Under the pieces are notes generated by a model that was not told where the DNA came from, did no database searches, and saw only the letters and a list, made by a program, of their open reading frames with translations. Below are positions 50,962-64,000 of a stretch of 64,000 bases of DNA, in pieces. Source of the stretch: Octopus vulgaris (lineage: Eukaryota). The DNA lies in NCBI GenBank assembly GCA_951406725.2, contig OX597820.1:19716001-19780000 (forward strand). The letters are read 5' to 3'. The number at the start of each line of letters is the position of its first letter. Position 1 is the first letter of the stretch. Made by a program: the position numbers and the translations under genes.

Positions 50962-51074
50962 TATATAATTTAAATAATGAGGGAGATAAATTGAATATTA
51001 ATTTAATTAATATCAATTTAAAATCAGTAGCCTAGCATTTATAAAAAAATCTGAAAAATCAGAAAAAATTTCAA

Positions 51075-51368
51075 TATGCGTGTATATTCAGGGAAACCAC
51101 TAGGTGGATAACAAATATGCTAGAAGAAGATCACATACGATCTAACTACAAAGAAAATAACGTTCTCCAGAGAAAATTCAGCAAACACCAGAACATAAGC
51201 GGGCAAGACAGATGAAAATTTTATATAATTTTCATGTCTTGCCTGCTTATGTTCTGGTGTTCACTGAATTTTCTCTGGAGAACATTTCTCTTTGTAGTTA
51301 GATCGTATGTGATCTTCTTCTAGCATATTGGTTATCCACCTAGTGGTTTCCCTAAATATACACGTATG
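51075..51368. repeat. Fold-back repeat, about 145-bp arms with almost no spacer
   Basis: ggaaaccactaggtggataac... / ...gttatccacctagtggtttcc; centre gaaaattttatataattttc. Confidence 0.9.
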
Positions 51369-51379
51369 TGTATATATAT

Positions 51380-51428
<49 letters not shown>

Positions 51429-51534
51429 TCACAGAGTGACCAATCGTTTCACATCCATGACTGAACACATAAGAGCATATCAATACATTACTGTTCTATA
51501 CTTTAAAGTGTGCTTCTTTCTGGATATATACATA

Positions 51535-51711
51535 CAGGCGCAGGAGTGGCTGTGTGGTAAGTAAGTAGCTTGCTAACCAACCAAATGGTTCCTGGTTCAG
51601 TCCCACTGCGTGGCATCTTGGGCAAGTGTCTTCTGCTATAGCCTCGGGCCGACCAATGCCTTGTGAGTGGATTTGGTAGACGGAAACTGAAAGAAGCCTG
51701 TCGTATATATG

Positions 51712-51742
<31 letters not shown>

Positions 51743-51938
51743 TTGTCCCCCTAGCATTGCTTGACAACCGATGCTGGTGCGTTTACGTTCCCGTCACTTA
51801 GCGGTTCGGCAAAAGAGACCGATAGAATAAGTACTGGGCTTACAAAGAATAAGTCCCGGGGTCGATTTGCTCGACTAAAGGCGGTGCTCCAGCATGGCCG
51901 CAGTCAAATGACTGAAACAAGTAAAAGAGTAAAAGAGT
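51535..51938 (+). mobile_element. SINE family A, young full-length copy
   Basis: Full consensus with (gagtaaaa)n tail. Confidence 0.9.
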
Positions 51939-52359
51939 ATACATACATATACATACACATTCATACACAAACACACACACACATTTATTTATGAATATAT
52001 ATACATTTATATATATATATCAGTTTCTTTCAAAAGGGCCTCATGGAGGCAAGGTGGCTGAGTTCGTTTCAAGTGTTGGGCCCCACAGAAGTGAGATGGC
52101 TGAGTTGCTTTCACGTGTTGGGCCTCTTGGAGGCAATGACCAAGACGTTTGGCATTATGTTGTGCTTGAGAAGACCCATAAAGCTGAGCAAAATCGCACC
52201 CGTGGCAGATACCAGTGTCACGCAAATGGCACCTGTGCCAGTGACATGTAAAAGCACCCATTACACACTTGGAGTGGTTGGCATTAGGAAGGGCATCCAA
52301 CCTAACCATGCCAGATCAGTGTGGAGTCTGATGCAGCCTTCCAGTGTATCAGTCTAGTC

Positions 52360-52560
52360 CAGTGGTTTTCAACCAGGGTTCCGCCAGTACAGTCCAGGGG
52401 TTCCGCAAGAAGTTACAAAACTGCTAAAATCGGTAGTAATTTTTAAGTCTCCTGTGCAGATATGTGTGCATAAGACTATTAAATTATTGCACAGGGGTTC
52501 CCCGAGCCAGTGGAAGGTTTCCTTGGGGTTCCGCTCCAGCAAAAAGTTTGGAAAGCACTG
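52360..52560. mobile_element. hAT (Charlie-like) MITE, 201 bp, nested in a family C repeat
   Basis: TIRs CAGTGGTTTTCAACC / GTTTGGAAAGCACTG; 8-bp TSD gtctagtc at 52352-52359 and 52561-52568. Confidence 0.9.
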
Positions 52561-52889
52561 GTCTAGTCAAACCTTCCAACCCATGCCAGCATGGATAACG
52601 GACGTTAAACGATGATGATGATGATGATGATATAAATATGTATGTCTGTGTGTGTGTATGCCACACCCACATTTACAGGTCTCCATTAGCATTAGAAGTA
52701 AAGAGAAACAACATAACTCCCGCTGGAAGTTATTGTATGGAATGGGGGATACTTCAAGCGAAAATTACTGGCGCGTGTGTGCACGCACGTATTTGTGTGT
52801 GAGTGTGTGCACACACTAGTGAATCTATATATTTATAGTCTTAACCATGAAACTCATTACGTGTGTGTGTGTTTATAGAAATTCCATAA

Positions 52890-53692
<803 letters not shown>

Positions 53693-54427
53693 GTAGGTGT
53701 ATGTAGATAGAATATGATTCGATACATGTATTTGCCTGCTGTATCAATATTTTCTAAATCTCTCAATCAATCTCAAAGAACAAAATTTAAAAAAAAAAAT
53801 GAAATAAAATAAAATAAAAAATAAATTCTGTAATGCCAGAAAAATGAAGAAAAACAAACAAACAAACAGCGAAAAATTTTTTAAAGTAATAATAATAATA
53901 TTAATATTAATAATAATAATAATAAAGAATGCTGCGTTAAGACTTGCTTATCGAATATCGTTACTGCTATACATCGAACTGTTCCTCTCAAACTAATCAG
54001 CATAGACAGAACTCTTACCAATATCCAATACTCAGCGATCGATTATTTGTTTACATGTATCGTGTATGCACCTATGTGTAACGGTATTTTAACTACGCTA
54101 ATTCAAACGATATCAACCAAGGGATGAGTGTGTGTGCGTGTAGGTGTGTGTATATATACATATACATTTATGCCTATACATAGCGCACGCATACACATTA
54201 TACATATGTGTGTACACACACAAACACACACACACATACACATATAGATATATAGATGTATAATTTTGGTTTTCTCTGATTGGTGCTTTTTGTTACTCGT
54301 TCTCCATGACATCAATACTTGTTCTTGGTTCCGCATGTGCCTCCCCATACACACTTTATTTAAAAAGCAGCAGATATACAACTAAAGCTGTTACTCGGAG
54401 TCTCACGTTCCCTGTTCGTCAACAAAA

Positions 54428-54465
54428 CTGTCCGACGAACGGGAGCGTGAAACTCCGAGTAACAG
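54428..54465 (+). ncRNA. Minimal type I hammerhead-like motif at the centre of a fold-back (54354-54504)
   Basis: CUGU-CCGACGA-ACG(GGAG)CGU-GAAACUC-C-GAGUA-ACAG. Stem I CUGU/ACAG, stem II, stem III ACUC/GAGU and GUA triplet are present; core U4 is replaced by C. Confidence 0.65.
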
Positions 54466-54575
54466 CTTTTGTTTTAGTTATATATCTGCTGCTTTTAAAT
54501 AAAGCATATTACTCTACCTCTGGTATTTGAGTACTCTTTTTTCCACCTTGTTTCACATTGATGTGCTTACTCCGG

Positions 54576-54609
<34 letters not shown>

Positions 54610-54951
54610 CAGGCGATCACAAAAGTGCAAAACAAGGTATAAAAATAGTATCTTTAAAATTGCAGCTTTAATAAAAAGTACACACTCACACACAGTATGA
54701 GTAAGAAGACTTAGGTGTTTCCAGTCGATAAGAACCTCCTGTCTTTAATCATGTCATACCTATGGCTAAATTACCCAATGTCTTCTCTTTCAGTTTTGTA
54801 AGGCATCAGAGTATTATTTAAGAGATTTGGCAGCTATTTCTGCCACAAAATAGATTCCTTATTTTACTTGCATTAGTTTGGGAAAAACTAAAATATTAGT
54901 TTCCAAATTTGGCTCAAGGCCAGGCAGTTCTGGGGTGGGAGTAAGTCAGTT

Positions 54952-56620
54952 GGCAAAGAGTACAGTGAAGAATTCCGGGTAGAGGTAGGGGTCCACCAAG
55001 GTTCAGTCCTCAGCCGCTTCCTATTTATCATAGTCCTCCAGGCAATAACAGAGGAATTCAAGACAGGATGCCCCTGGGAGCTCCTCTACGCTGATGACCT
55101 TGCTCTAATTGCTGACTCACTATCTGAACTAGAGGAGAAGTTTCAGGTGTGGAAGGATTAGAATCGAAGGGCCTTAGAGTCAACCTAGCTAAAACCAAAG
55201 TCCTAATAAGCAGGAAGGCAGACAAACCACAAATCCCTTCAGGTAGATGGCCCTGCTTGATCTGTAGAAAAGGCATAGGTAGAAACTCTATAAGATGTAC
55301 CCAGTGTAAGCTATGGACACATAAGAGGTGCAGCAATATCAAAAGAAGGCTAACCGGGAAGATAGATTTTGTATGTGGCAGAGGCTCAGGAGCAATAAAC
55401 ACTGAAAATGTGCAGAGACCAACTTCTGCCACATTCCAAGGAGAAAAACTAGTAGTTGATAGCTTCTGTTACCTAGGTGACCAAGTTAGTAGCGGGGGAG
55501 GGTGCGCTGAAAGTGTAGCTGCTAGAATAAGAATAGCCTGGGCAAAGTTCAGAGAGCTCTTACCTCTGCTGGTGACAAAAGGCCTCTCGCTCACAGTAAA
55601 AGGTAGACTGTATGACGCATGTGTACGAACAGCCATGCTACATGGCAGTGAAACATGGGCCATGACTGCTGAGGACATGCGTAAGCTTGCAATGGATGAA
55701 GCTAGTATGCTTCGATGGATGTGTAATGTCAGTGTGCATACTTGACAGAGTGTAAGTACCTAGAGAGAAAAGTTGGACCTAAGAAACATCAGATGTGGTA
55801 TGCAAGAGAGACGACTGCGCTGGTATGGACATATGGCGAGAATGGATGAGGATAGCTGTGTGAAAAAGTGCCACACCCTAGTGGTTGAGGGAACCTGTGG
55901 AAGAGGTAGACCCAGGAAGACCTGGGATAAGGTGGTTTAGCACGACCTTCAAACATTAGGCCTCACTGAGGCAATGACTAGTGACTGAGATCTTTGGAAA
56001 TATGCTGTGCTTGAGAAGACCCAGCAAAACCAAGTGAGACCATAACTCATGGCCTATGCCAGGGTTGTAACCGGCCCACTCATGTGTACCTTTACTTCAT
56101 TGGACAATAAACTCTGCTTGTGAAGATCTGTTGAAGTAAGTGAAATCAAAATCAAATTTGATGACTGGCATCTGTGCTAGTGGAGCACTAAGAGGACCAT
56201 CTGAGCGTGATCGTTGCCAGAGCAGCTGACTGGCTTCCGTGCCAGTGGCATGTAAAAAGCACCATTCAAGTGTGATCGTTACCAGTGTCGCCTTACTAGC
56301 ACTTGTGCTGGTGACACGTGAAAAAATATTCAAGCGAGGTCGTTGCCAGTGCCGCTGGACTGGCTCCTGTGCAGGTAGCATGTAAAAAACACCATTTGAG
56401 CGTGGCCATTGCCAGTACCGCCTGACTGGCCCTTGTGCCGGTGGAATGTAAAAGTACCCAATACACTCTTTGAGTGGTTGGCATGAGGAAGGGCATCCAG
56501 ATGTAGAAACTCTGCCAGATCAGATTGGAGCCTGGTGCAGCCATCTGGTTCACCAGTCCTCAGTCAAATCGTCCAACCCATGCCAGCATGGAAAGTAGAC
56601 ATTAAACGATGATGATGATG
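54952..56620 (+). mobile_element. 5'-truncated RTE-clade LINE (RT C-terminal half with PHD-like finger, 3' UTR tandem units, (GAT)n tail)
   Basis: VGVHQGSVLS, LLYADDL (55081-55101), GLRVNLAKTKV, FCYLGD, ARIRIAWAKFRELLPLL, MLHGSETW, RRLRWYGH and GRGRPRKTW. Frameshift at about 55150 and several stop codons. Confidence 0.92.
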
Positions 56621-57054
56621 ATTTTACAGTGCCATTTTGTCCTAAATGTTAGATCTTTTTGGTGGAATTTCAGAGCAAGTATCATACCCCATGGAGAAAG
56701 AAAAAAAAATTATTAAAAAGTTGTTTCATACAACAATAATTATGCTATTCTTTTAGTATTCTTTTTTTCTTTTTTATCATTTTCACTTGTTTCAGCCATA
56801 TGACTGCGGCCATGCTGGAGCATCGCCTTGAAGGATTTTTGTGAAACAAATCAATCCTAGGATTAGTTATGTTTTTTTTTTAAAGCCTAGTGCTTATTCT
56901 ATTGTTTTCTTTTGCCGAACCACTAAGTTAGAGGGACTTGAAACACACCAACACCGGTGATGGGGGAACAAGCACAGACACAGAGACACACTCACACACA
57001 TATATATGTAGGCAAATATGTTGTTGAAAATGCACCTAAATTTGAAAAACATAA

Positions 57055-58424
57055 TTACTCTTTTACTTGTTTCAGTCATGCTGGAGCACCGCCTTTAGTC
57101 GAGCAAATCGACCCCAGGACTTATTCTTTGTAAGCTTAGTACTTATTTTATTAGTCTCTTTTGCATAACTGCTAAGTTACGGGGACATAAACACACCAAC
57201 ATCAGTTGTCAAGCGATGTTGGGGGGGACAAACAGACACACAAACATATACACACACATACATATATATATACATATATATGATGGGCTTCTTTCAGTTT
57301 CCGTCTACCAAATCCACTCACAAGGCTTTGGTCGCCTGAGGCTATAGTAGAAGACACTTGCCCAAGGTGCCACACAGTAGGACTGAACCCAGAGCCATGT
57401 GGTTGGTAAGCAAGCTACTTACCACACAGCCACTCTTACGCCTATACTTACCACCGCACAGCCACTCCTACACCTTGTTTAACCCTTTAGTGTTTAAACC
57501 GGCCACATCCGGCCCAATATGTTATACATGTTTTATATTCAAACTGGCGATATCCAGCCTCTCACACCTAACCTACAGTGACATTCTAAAAATAAACATT
57601 CACATCATTGAAACCTCAAAGCTATGAGATAATGCATGATTAGTTCAAAACAATTTGAGTGAAAAAGTATTACATTTAACAGAATAATCTGAACACTAAA
57701 GGGTTAAAATAAATTTATTTACATATATATCAAACTAGTTTCAACAATATTTTTTGTTTAAAAATGGTAAAAATTTAGAATTATGAATAAGAAAAAGTTC
57801 AATGCAGACAAATTTAGAATTATGAATTATAATTCAAAATTTTTACCATTTTTAAACAAAAAATATTGTTGAAACTAGTTTGGTAAATAAGTTTATTTTT
57901 AACAATTACAAGTTTTTCAAATTTAGGTGCATTTTCAACAACAAATTTGCGTATATTTTTTCCTGTGTGGAAATATACCCCCCACCTCCTTTGTTACATA
58001 TACTCTTTACTCTCTTTTTTACTCTTTTACTTGTTTCAGTCATTTGACTGCGGTCATGCTGGAGCACCGCCTTTAGTCTAGCAAATCGACTCTGGGACTT
58101 ATTCTTTGTAAGCCCAGTACTTATTCTATCGGTCTCTTTTGCCAAACCGCTAAGTGACGGGGACGTAAACACACCAGCATCGGTTGTCAAGCAATGCTAG
58201 GGGGACAAACACAGACACACAAACATATACACACACATATACATATACATATATATATACGACAGGCTTCTTTCAGTTTCCGTCTACCAAATCCACTCAC
58301 AAGGCATTGGTCGGCCCGGGGCTATAGCAGAAGACACTTGCCCAAGATGCCACGCAGTGGAACTGAACCCGGAACCATGTGGTTGGTAAGCAAGCTACTT
58401 ACCACAGAGCCACTCCTGCGCCTA
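57055..58424 (-). mobile_element. Two family A SINEs (57055-57445, 58002-58424) around a piggyBac-type MITE (57483-57703) and a fold-back (57704-57902)
   Basis: Consensus matches; TTAA-CCC...GGG-TTAA ends; inverted arms caaactagtttcaacaatattttttg / caaaaaatattgttgaaactagtttg. Confidence 0.85.
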
Positions 58425-60388
58425 TCTATATATATATATATATATAGATATATATATATATAAATAAATTAAATTACAGATAAAACCACTATTAGGCAAC
58501 TCCTTAATATTATTATTATATATATATACACAATGGGCCTCTTTCAGTTTCCATCTACCAAATCCAATAGCAAGGCTTTGATTGACCTGAGGCTATAGTA
58601 GAAGACACTTGCCCAAGTTATCGTGCAATGGAACTGAACCCAGAAACATGTGGTTGGGAAGTAAGCTTCTTACCACACCTATACAACATTTTTCTTTTTC
58701 CAAAAATTTCAATTTTAACATTTTGTTTCCAACATCTGTAACTATTTCCTTCTGCACATGGCATGGGACATCTATTCTCAAACTCTGCTGATATATCTTT
58801 AATTAATTTTCCTATTTTAGTCCGTTGTTCATTTCTTATCATCATCATCATTTAACACCTACTTTCTATACTGGTGTGGATTAGACGGTTCAACTGGAAC
58901 TGTTAAGCTGGAGAGCTGATCTGGCAAGGTTTCTACAGCTGGATGCCCTTCCTAATGCCAACAACCCCAAGAGTGTACTGGGTGCTTCTTACAAGCCACC
59001 AGTACAGGTGCCATTTATATAATACTGGCAACGGCCACAACTACAATTTCACAGGTACCATTCACATGACACTGACAATGGTCCTGACTATGATTTTACT
59101 TGGTGAGTTTTCTGAAGCACAGCATATCCACCACAGGTCTCGGTCACTTGTCATTGCCTCCGTGTGGACCAAAATACATAATACCTCCCTCCCCACACAC
59201 ATACGGACTTCTTTCAGTTTCCGTCAACCAAATCCACTCACAAAGCTTTGTTGGCCTGAGGTTATAGCAGAAGACATTTGCCCAAGGTTCCTGAACCTGG
59301 AACTATGTGGTTGGAAAGCAAATGTCTTATGACACAGCATGACTGCTAATTTTGGGACAATTTGTAAAAAAAATATAAACATAAATATAAATACATACCT
59401 ATTTCTTTACTACCCACAAGGGGCTAAACACAGAGAGGACAAACAAGGACAGACAAATGGATTAAGTTGATTATATCGACCCCAGTGTGTAACTGGTACT
59501 TATTTTATCTACGTCAAAAGGATGAAAGGCAAAGTCGACCTCGGCAGAATTTGAACACAGAACGTAAAGACAGATGAAATACCGCTGAGCATTTCGCCCT
59601 TGTGCTAAGGATTCTACCAGCTCGCTGCCTTCCTATAAATACATACCAATTTTTATACAATTTTACTAATATTTGATAAAATTTCACAAAGGAAAAACAC
59701 AAAAAACCCCCACAAAAAACAAAGTTGAACTTAAGAAGTAGCAACACTCCATCATAACTTTAGGAAAATTCTTACTCCCTGTTCCTGTAAAATGTAACAT
59801 TTTTTAAAGTTCCTTCAATTTACCTTCTTCACACCATATATCTATGATTTGTTAATAGAAAACATGAAAAATATCATTGGAAATTCTGAAATTTTAGAAA
59901 AATATTGGAAAATATTCAATTTGGACTAAGGGCGAGGAAACAGTATTGGATAATTTTTTCAAAATACAATCAATCACTCTCTCTTTTTCTCCTCCATCAT
60001 CCTTCTCTTGCTTTATCTCTACATAGGCATGTTTATATATATTGCTATGTGTGTGTGTGTGTATTTACTTTATAACTTTTGCTCTATATCTCATTTCTTT
60101 CTTTCAAACATCAACTTAATAATATCAACTGTGAATGTCCCTTGAAATTTTATTATTATTAGTATATTTCTTGGTATTTGACTTGCTACATATATATATA
60201 TACAGAGAAAGAGAGAGAGAGAGGCACAGGTGTAGCTGTGTGGTAAGAAGTCTGCTTCCCAACCACATAGTTCTGGATTTAGTCCCACTGCTTGGCACCT
60301 TGGGCAAGTGTCTTCTTCTATAGCCTCAGGCCGAACAAAGCCTTGTGAGTGGATTTGGTAGCCAGAAACTGAAAGAACTCTTAGAAAT

Positions 60389-60424
<36 letters not shown>

Positions 60425-60637
60425 CATTTTATATTTTTGTAGGTCATAATTATTTATGCCAATATGTAATTCCTGATGAAGAATCTAATTTTAATTTCAA
60501 AAAGAGTTTGTTCTTTTTTTGTCTTCGGAATTAATTAGACTACAAAATAATTTGTAGAATTTATATTGGATCAGTACCAACCTGGATTATGAACTAAAGA
60601 TCGTCTACACCTACAATCCTTTCCATATACTTCATTT

Positions 60638-60676
<39 letters not shown>

Positions 60677-61179
60677 CATACATACATACATACAAGACAA
60701 TGTATGAATAATGGTCATGACAATTATTTTTAACTTGTTTTTCTATATATCACTGTGTAAAACCAGTTTGTCTGGAGTCCAACCATGGATTTACAATATA
60801 GAATTGTGATGAACCATATCCTTGGACTCTTCCACAAAATTAACTGAAGTTCTTCACTGATCTCAGTAATATCGTTAGCCTGGTGTGCCAACAGAAAGCT
60901 TATGAAGTATTTTGCCTGGATTGATAGTCCATCACTATTAGCTATATATATATATATACTCTTTTACTCATTTCAGTCCAGGTGGGGAATATATAGTCCG
61001 TTGAAACTAGGAAACCTGCCGTTATGAGTCAGTATGAGTCAAGAAGATAATTTTATTTTTTACTTACAATGTTGGTATTGAGATAAATACTGTTTTTGTA
61101 TAGAAAACTATTTACTAAAAATTTTAAAGAACACTTTGTAAACAACAAGGTAAAAAAAAAGATTAAATATGAGAATTTG

Positions 61180-61490
61180 ATCCACCACCACCATCATTGC
61201 GGTCTTTTGTCATCATCATCATCACTGTGGTCTTTTGTCATCATCATCATCATCGTCGTCGACATTGTCATCATCATTGTTGTTGTCATGATATCTGTCG
61301 GCATCATCATTGTCATCATTGCCGTTGTTGTCATCATTTGCCGTTATCAGTCATTGTCGTCGTCATCATTGCTGTAGTCATCGTCGTCATCATTGTTGTT
61401 GTTATTGCCATCATCATTGTCGTCATCATAGTCTTCATCATCATTGTTGTCATGATGATCATTGCTATCATCATCATCATTGTTATTACA
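61180..61490. repeat. Degenerate (CAT/CGT/TGT)n microsatellite
   Basis: Direct inspection. Confidence 0.85.
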
Positions 61491-61935
61491 CACACACACA
61501 CACACACAAATATTGTTACAAAATCAAACTCACTAAAATCTTCTTTTACCACCAATGGTTAAATGCTTATCAAACATTTAACCATTTATGCTTTTGTTTT
61601 CTGAACATAAAATATTAAGATGGTTGTGAATCAAAGCAGGGAATGGTCGTGGCTCTTCTTCATGACGCTATTGTTTCAATATTGGTTTTGCTGCAACACA
61701 AAGTTCTTAGACACGGATGTGAAAAATATTGACATGACAATCAAAAATTAACTCCGTATTCTAAAGTGACAGGTAGTGAATGGTATCAAATGTTTTTTCA
61801 AAAATTAATACTGGTTTTTGTAATTACAGACTTTATCACATCCTATTACATTAAAATGACACCGTACAGACAGTCACACAGCCAGAATTTCATAGCTAAA
61901 CACTGACTGCTCAATATGGAAGTCACTTTCTATAT

Positions 61936-62409
61936 CCCTTTCGTTATCAACCTGGCTGAAACCAGCTCTGGTTCTGTAGTACAAATGTCTTGTTTTCATA
62001 AGTTCTGAATTAAAACCTTCCACGAAGCCTTAGTTATCACTCAGCAAATGTTAGGAACATAAATTGTGACTAAGTTATTTTACTAAATTCTTTGTTATAT
62101 TTAAAATTAATTGAAAGAAACACAGATCATCTCAATAGAAATATGGTAACAAAAGGGTTAAAATATATAATAGAGAAACAGTTCTTAACCCTTTTGATAC
62201 CAACCCAGCTGAAACCACCTCTGGCTTTGTAGTAGATGTGTCTCATTTTCAAAAGTTTTGAATTAAAATCTTCCACCAAACCTAAGTACCATTTTTGTTC
62301 CTAACACTAGCTGAATGATAAGTAAGTTATTTTACTAAATTCTTTGTTATATTTAAAATTAACTGAAAGAAACACAGAGTATCTCAAAATAAATACAGTA
62401 ACGAAAGGG
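61936..62409. mobile_element. Two adjacent piggyBac-type MITEs of a second family (61936-62157, 62189-62409)
   Basis: CCCTTT(C/T)G ... AAAGGG-TTAA termini; the two 220-bp copies are similar to each other; the second has TTAA on both sides. Confidence 0.8.
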
Positions 62410-63387
62410 TTAAAGATCGTAGTAATGGAAGACATATTTGCTGGTGTATATGATGTATTCGTGTACAAGATACTCCCAGAGTCATCTTAACAGTATTGTA
62501 GACCCCTGGGTGAATCAATGCACTGAGTCCTTTATTGACTCCATAAGTCACCGAAAATTGTGGTTTTTAAGAACCATATAAAAAACTGTTAAAAATGTTT
62601 TGTGCATTGTAGTATTATAACCAAATTATTCTTTTCCTTTCTAGTCTAGGCACAAGGCCTGAAATTTTTGGGGAGGGGGCCAGTCAATTAGATCGACCCC
62701 AGTACATGACCTAGAAAGGATGAAAGGCAAAGTTGACCTTGGCGGAATTTGAACTCAGACCATAAAGACAGATGAAATACCTATTTCTTTACTACCCACA
62801 AGCGGCTAAACACAGAGAGGACAAACGGATTAAGTCGATTATATCGACCCCAGTGCGTAACTGGTACTTATTGAATCGACCCCGAAAGGATGAAAGGCAA
62901 AGTCGAACTCAGCGGAATTTGAACTCAGAGCATAGCAGCAGACAAAATACCACTAAGCATTTCGCCCAGTGTGCTAACAATTCTGCTAGCTTGCTACCTC
63001 AGAGTATAACCAATTTATTGCACATAAACTTGAGCAACAAAATTCTATATGAACCCCCAGGGGCCATATGAACCCCAATTGAGAACCACTACTTTAGTAT
63101 GCCATGATTAGGACATGGCATCATCATTTAACAGCCATTGTCCATGCTGGTATGGGTTGGATGGTTTGACTAGGGCTGGCAAGCTGAGGGGCTGCACTTG
63201 ACTCCAGTCTGATTTGGCATGGTTTTCTACAGCTGGATACCCTTCCTAATGCTAATCACTCCGAGAGTGTAATGGGTGTTTTTACGTACCGCCAGTATCT
63301 GCCACAAATGCAATTTTGCTTGGCTTGAGGGATTTTCTTCTCAAACATGATATAATGCAAAAGGTCTCAGTCATTGCCTCTGCTAAG

Positions 63388-63670
63388 CCCACAATCATAA
63401 GGTCATAAGTTCAATTCCTGGTGATGCATTGTGTCCTTGAACAAGACACTTTATTTCATGTTGCTTCGTTCCATTCAGCTGGCAAAAATGAATCGTACTT
63501 GTATTTCAAAGGGTCGGCCTTGTCACATTTGTCATGTTGAATCTCCCTGAGAACTTATGTTAAGGGTATGTGTGTCAGTGGAGTGCTCAGCCACTTGCAT
63601 GTTAGAATCACAAGGTGGCTGTTCCATTGATTGAATCAACATTCGTCATCATAACTGATGGAGTGTCAGA
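63388..63670 (+). mobile_element. tRNA-derived SINE (other family; central gtccttgaacaagacactt)
   Basis: B-box-like agttcaattcc; 3' part shared with about 10630-10700 and 26145-26255. Confidence 0.6.
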
Positions 63671-64000
63671 TCTAATAATCAAGCAGTCAAATATTGTTCT
63701 TCAATCACTTCTGATTCATTGTCACATTCAAACATCATCATCATTACACACTAATTGTAAGACATGTTAGAGTAGTTTTCTAAGAGAAAATATATGATTC
63801 TGTCCATGTTAATACAACACTGTGACAATATACTGTAATAAAGTACAAAAGCATAAATTTATCAAATATAAACTACATTACGGGGTTATTATATTTTAAC
63901 TTGTAGTGATGCCTGGTTTCAGACACCATTTTGGGATTTTCCTCCATGCATGCGCAGGAATTAGAGCCTTCCAGAAGGCCTGCTGGAAGCCCCTTATGCG

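Overview
Eukaryotic, AT-rich and repeat-saturated animal DNA. The tRNA-derived SINE families and the density of (CA)n/(TA)n microsatellites point to a coleoid cephalopod, most likely Octopus (inference). The only credible host coding sequence is a Gly/Pro/Met/Gln-rich terminal exon at 1-475, tentatively BCL9/legless, followed by a long TE-poor 3' UTR-like tract. The remainder is intergenic or intronic. It holds dozens of SINEs, remnants of several non-LTR clades (RTE with a PHD-like finger, RTE-like C2H2 end, SR2-like RTE, CR1, HERO-like), a decayed Penelope-like element (RT C-terminus + GIY-YIG), and Tc1/mariner, piggyBac-type and hAT MITEs. It also holds a TMEM165/GDT1 processed pseudogene and a full-length 5S rRNA copy fused to a SINE dimer. 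The most striking hidden structure is about a dozen minimal type-I hammerhead-ribozyme-like motifs from several unrelated families, many inside long fold-back (inverted) insertions in (TA)n tracts. There are also multiple locally templated inverted duplications. Nearly all ORFs in the supplied track are spurious translations of microsatellites or SINEs.
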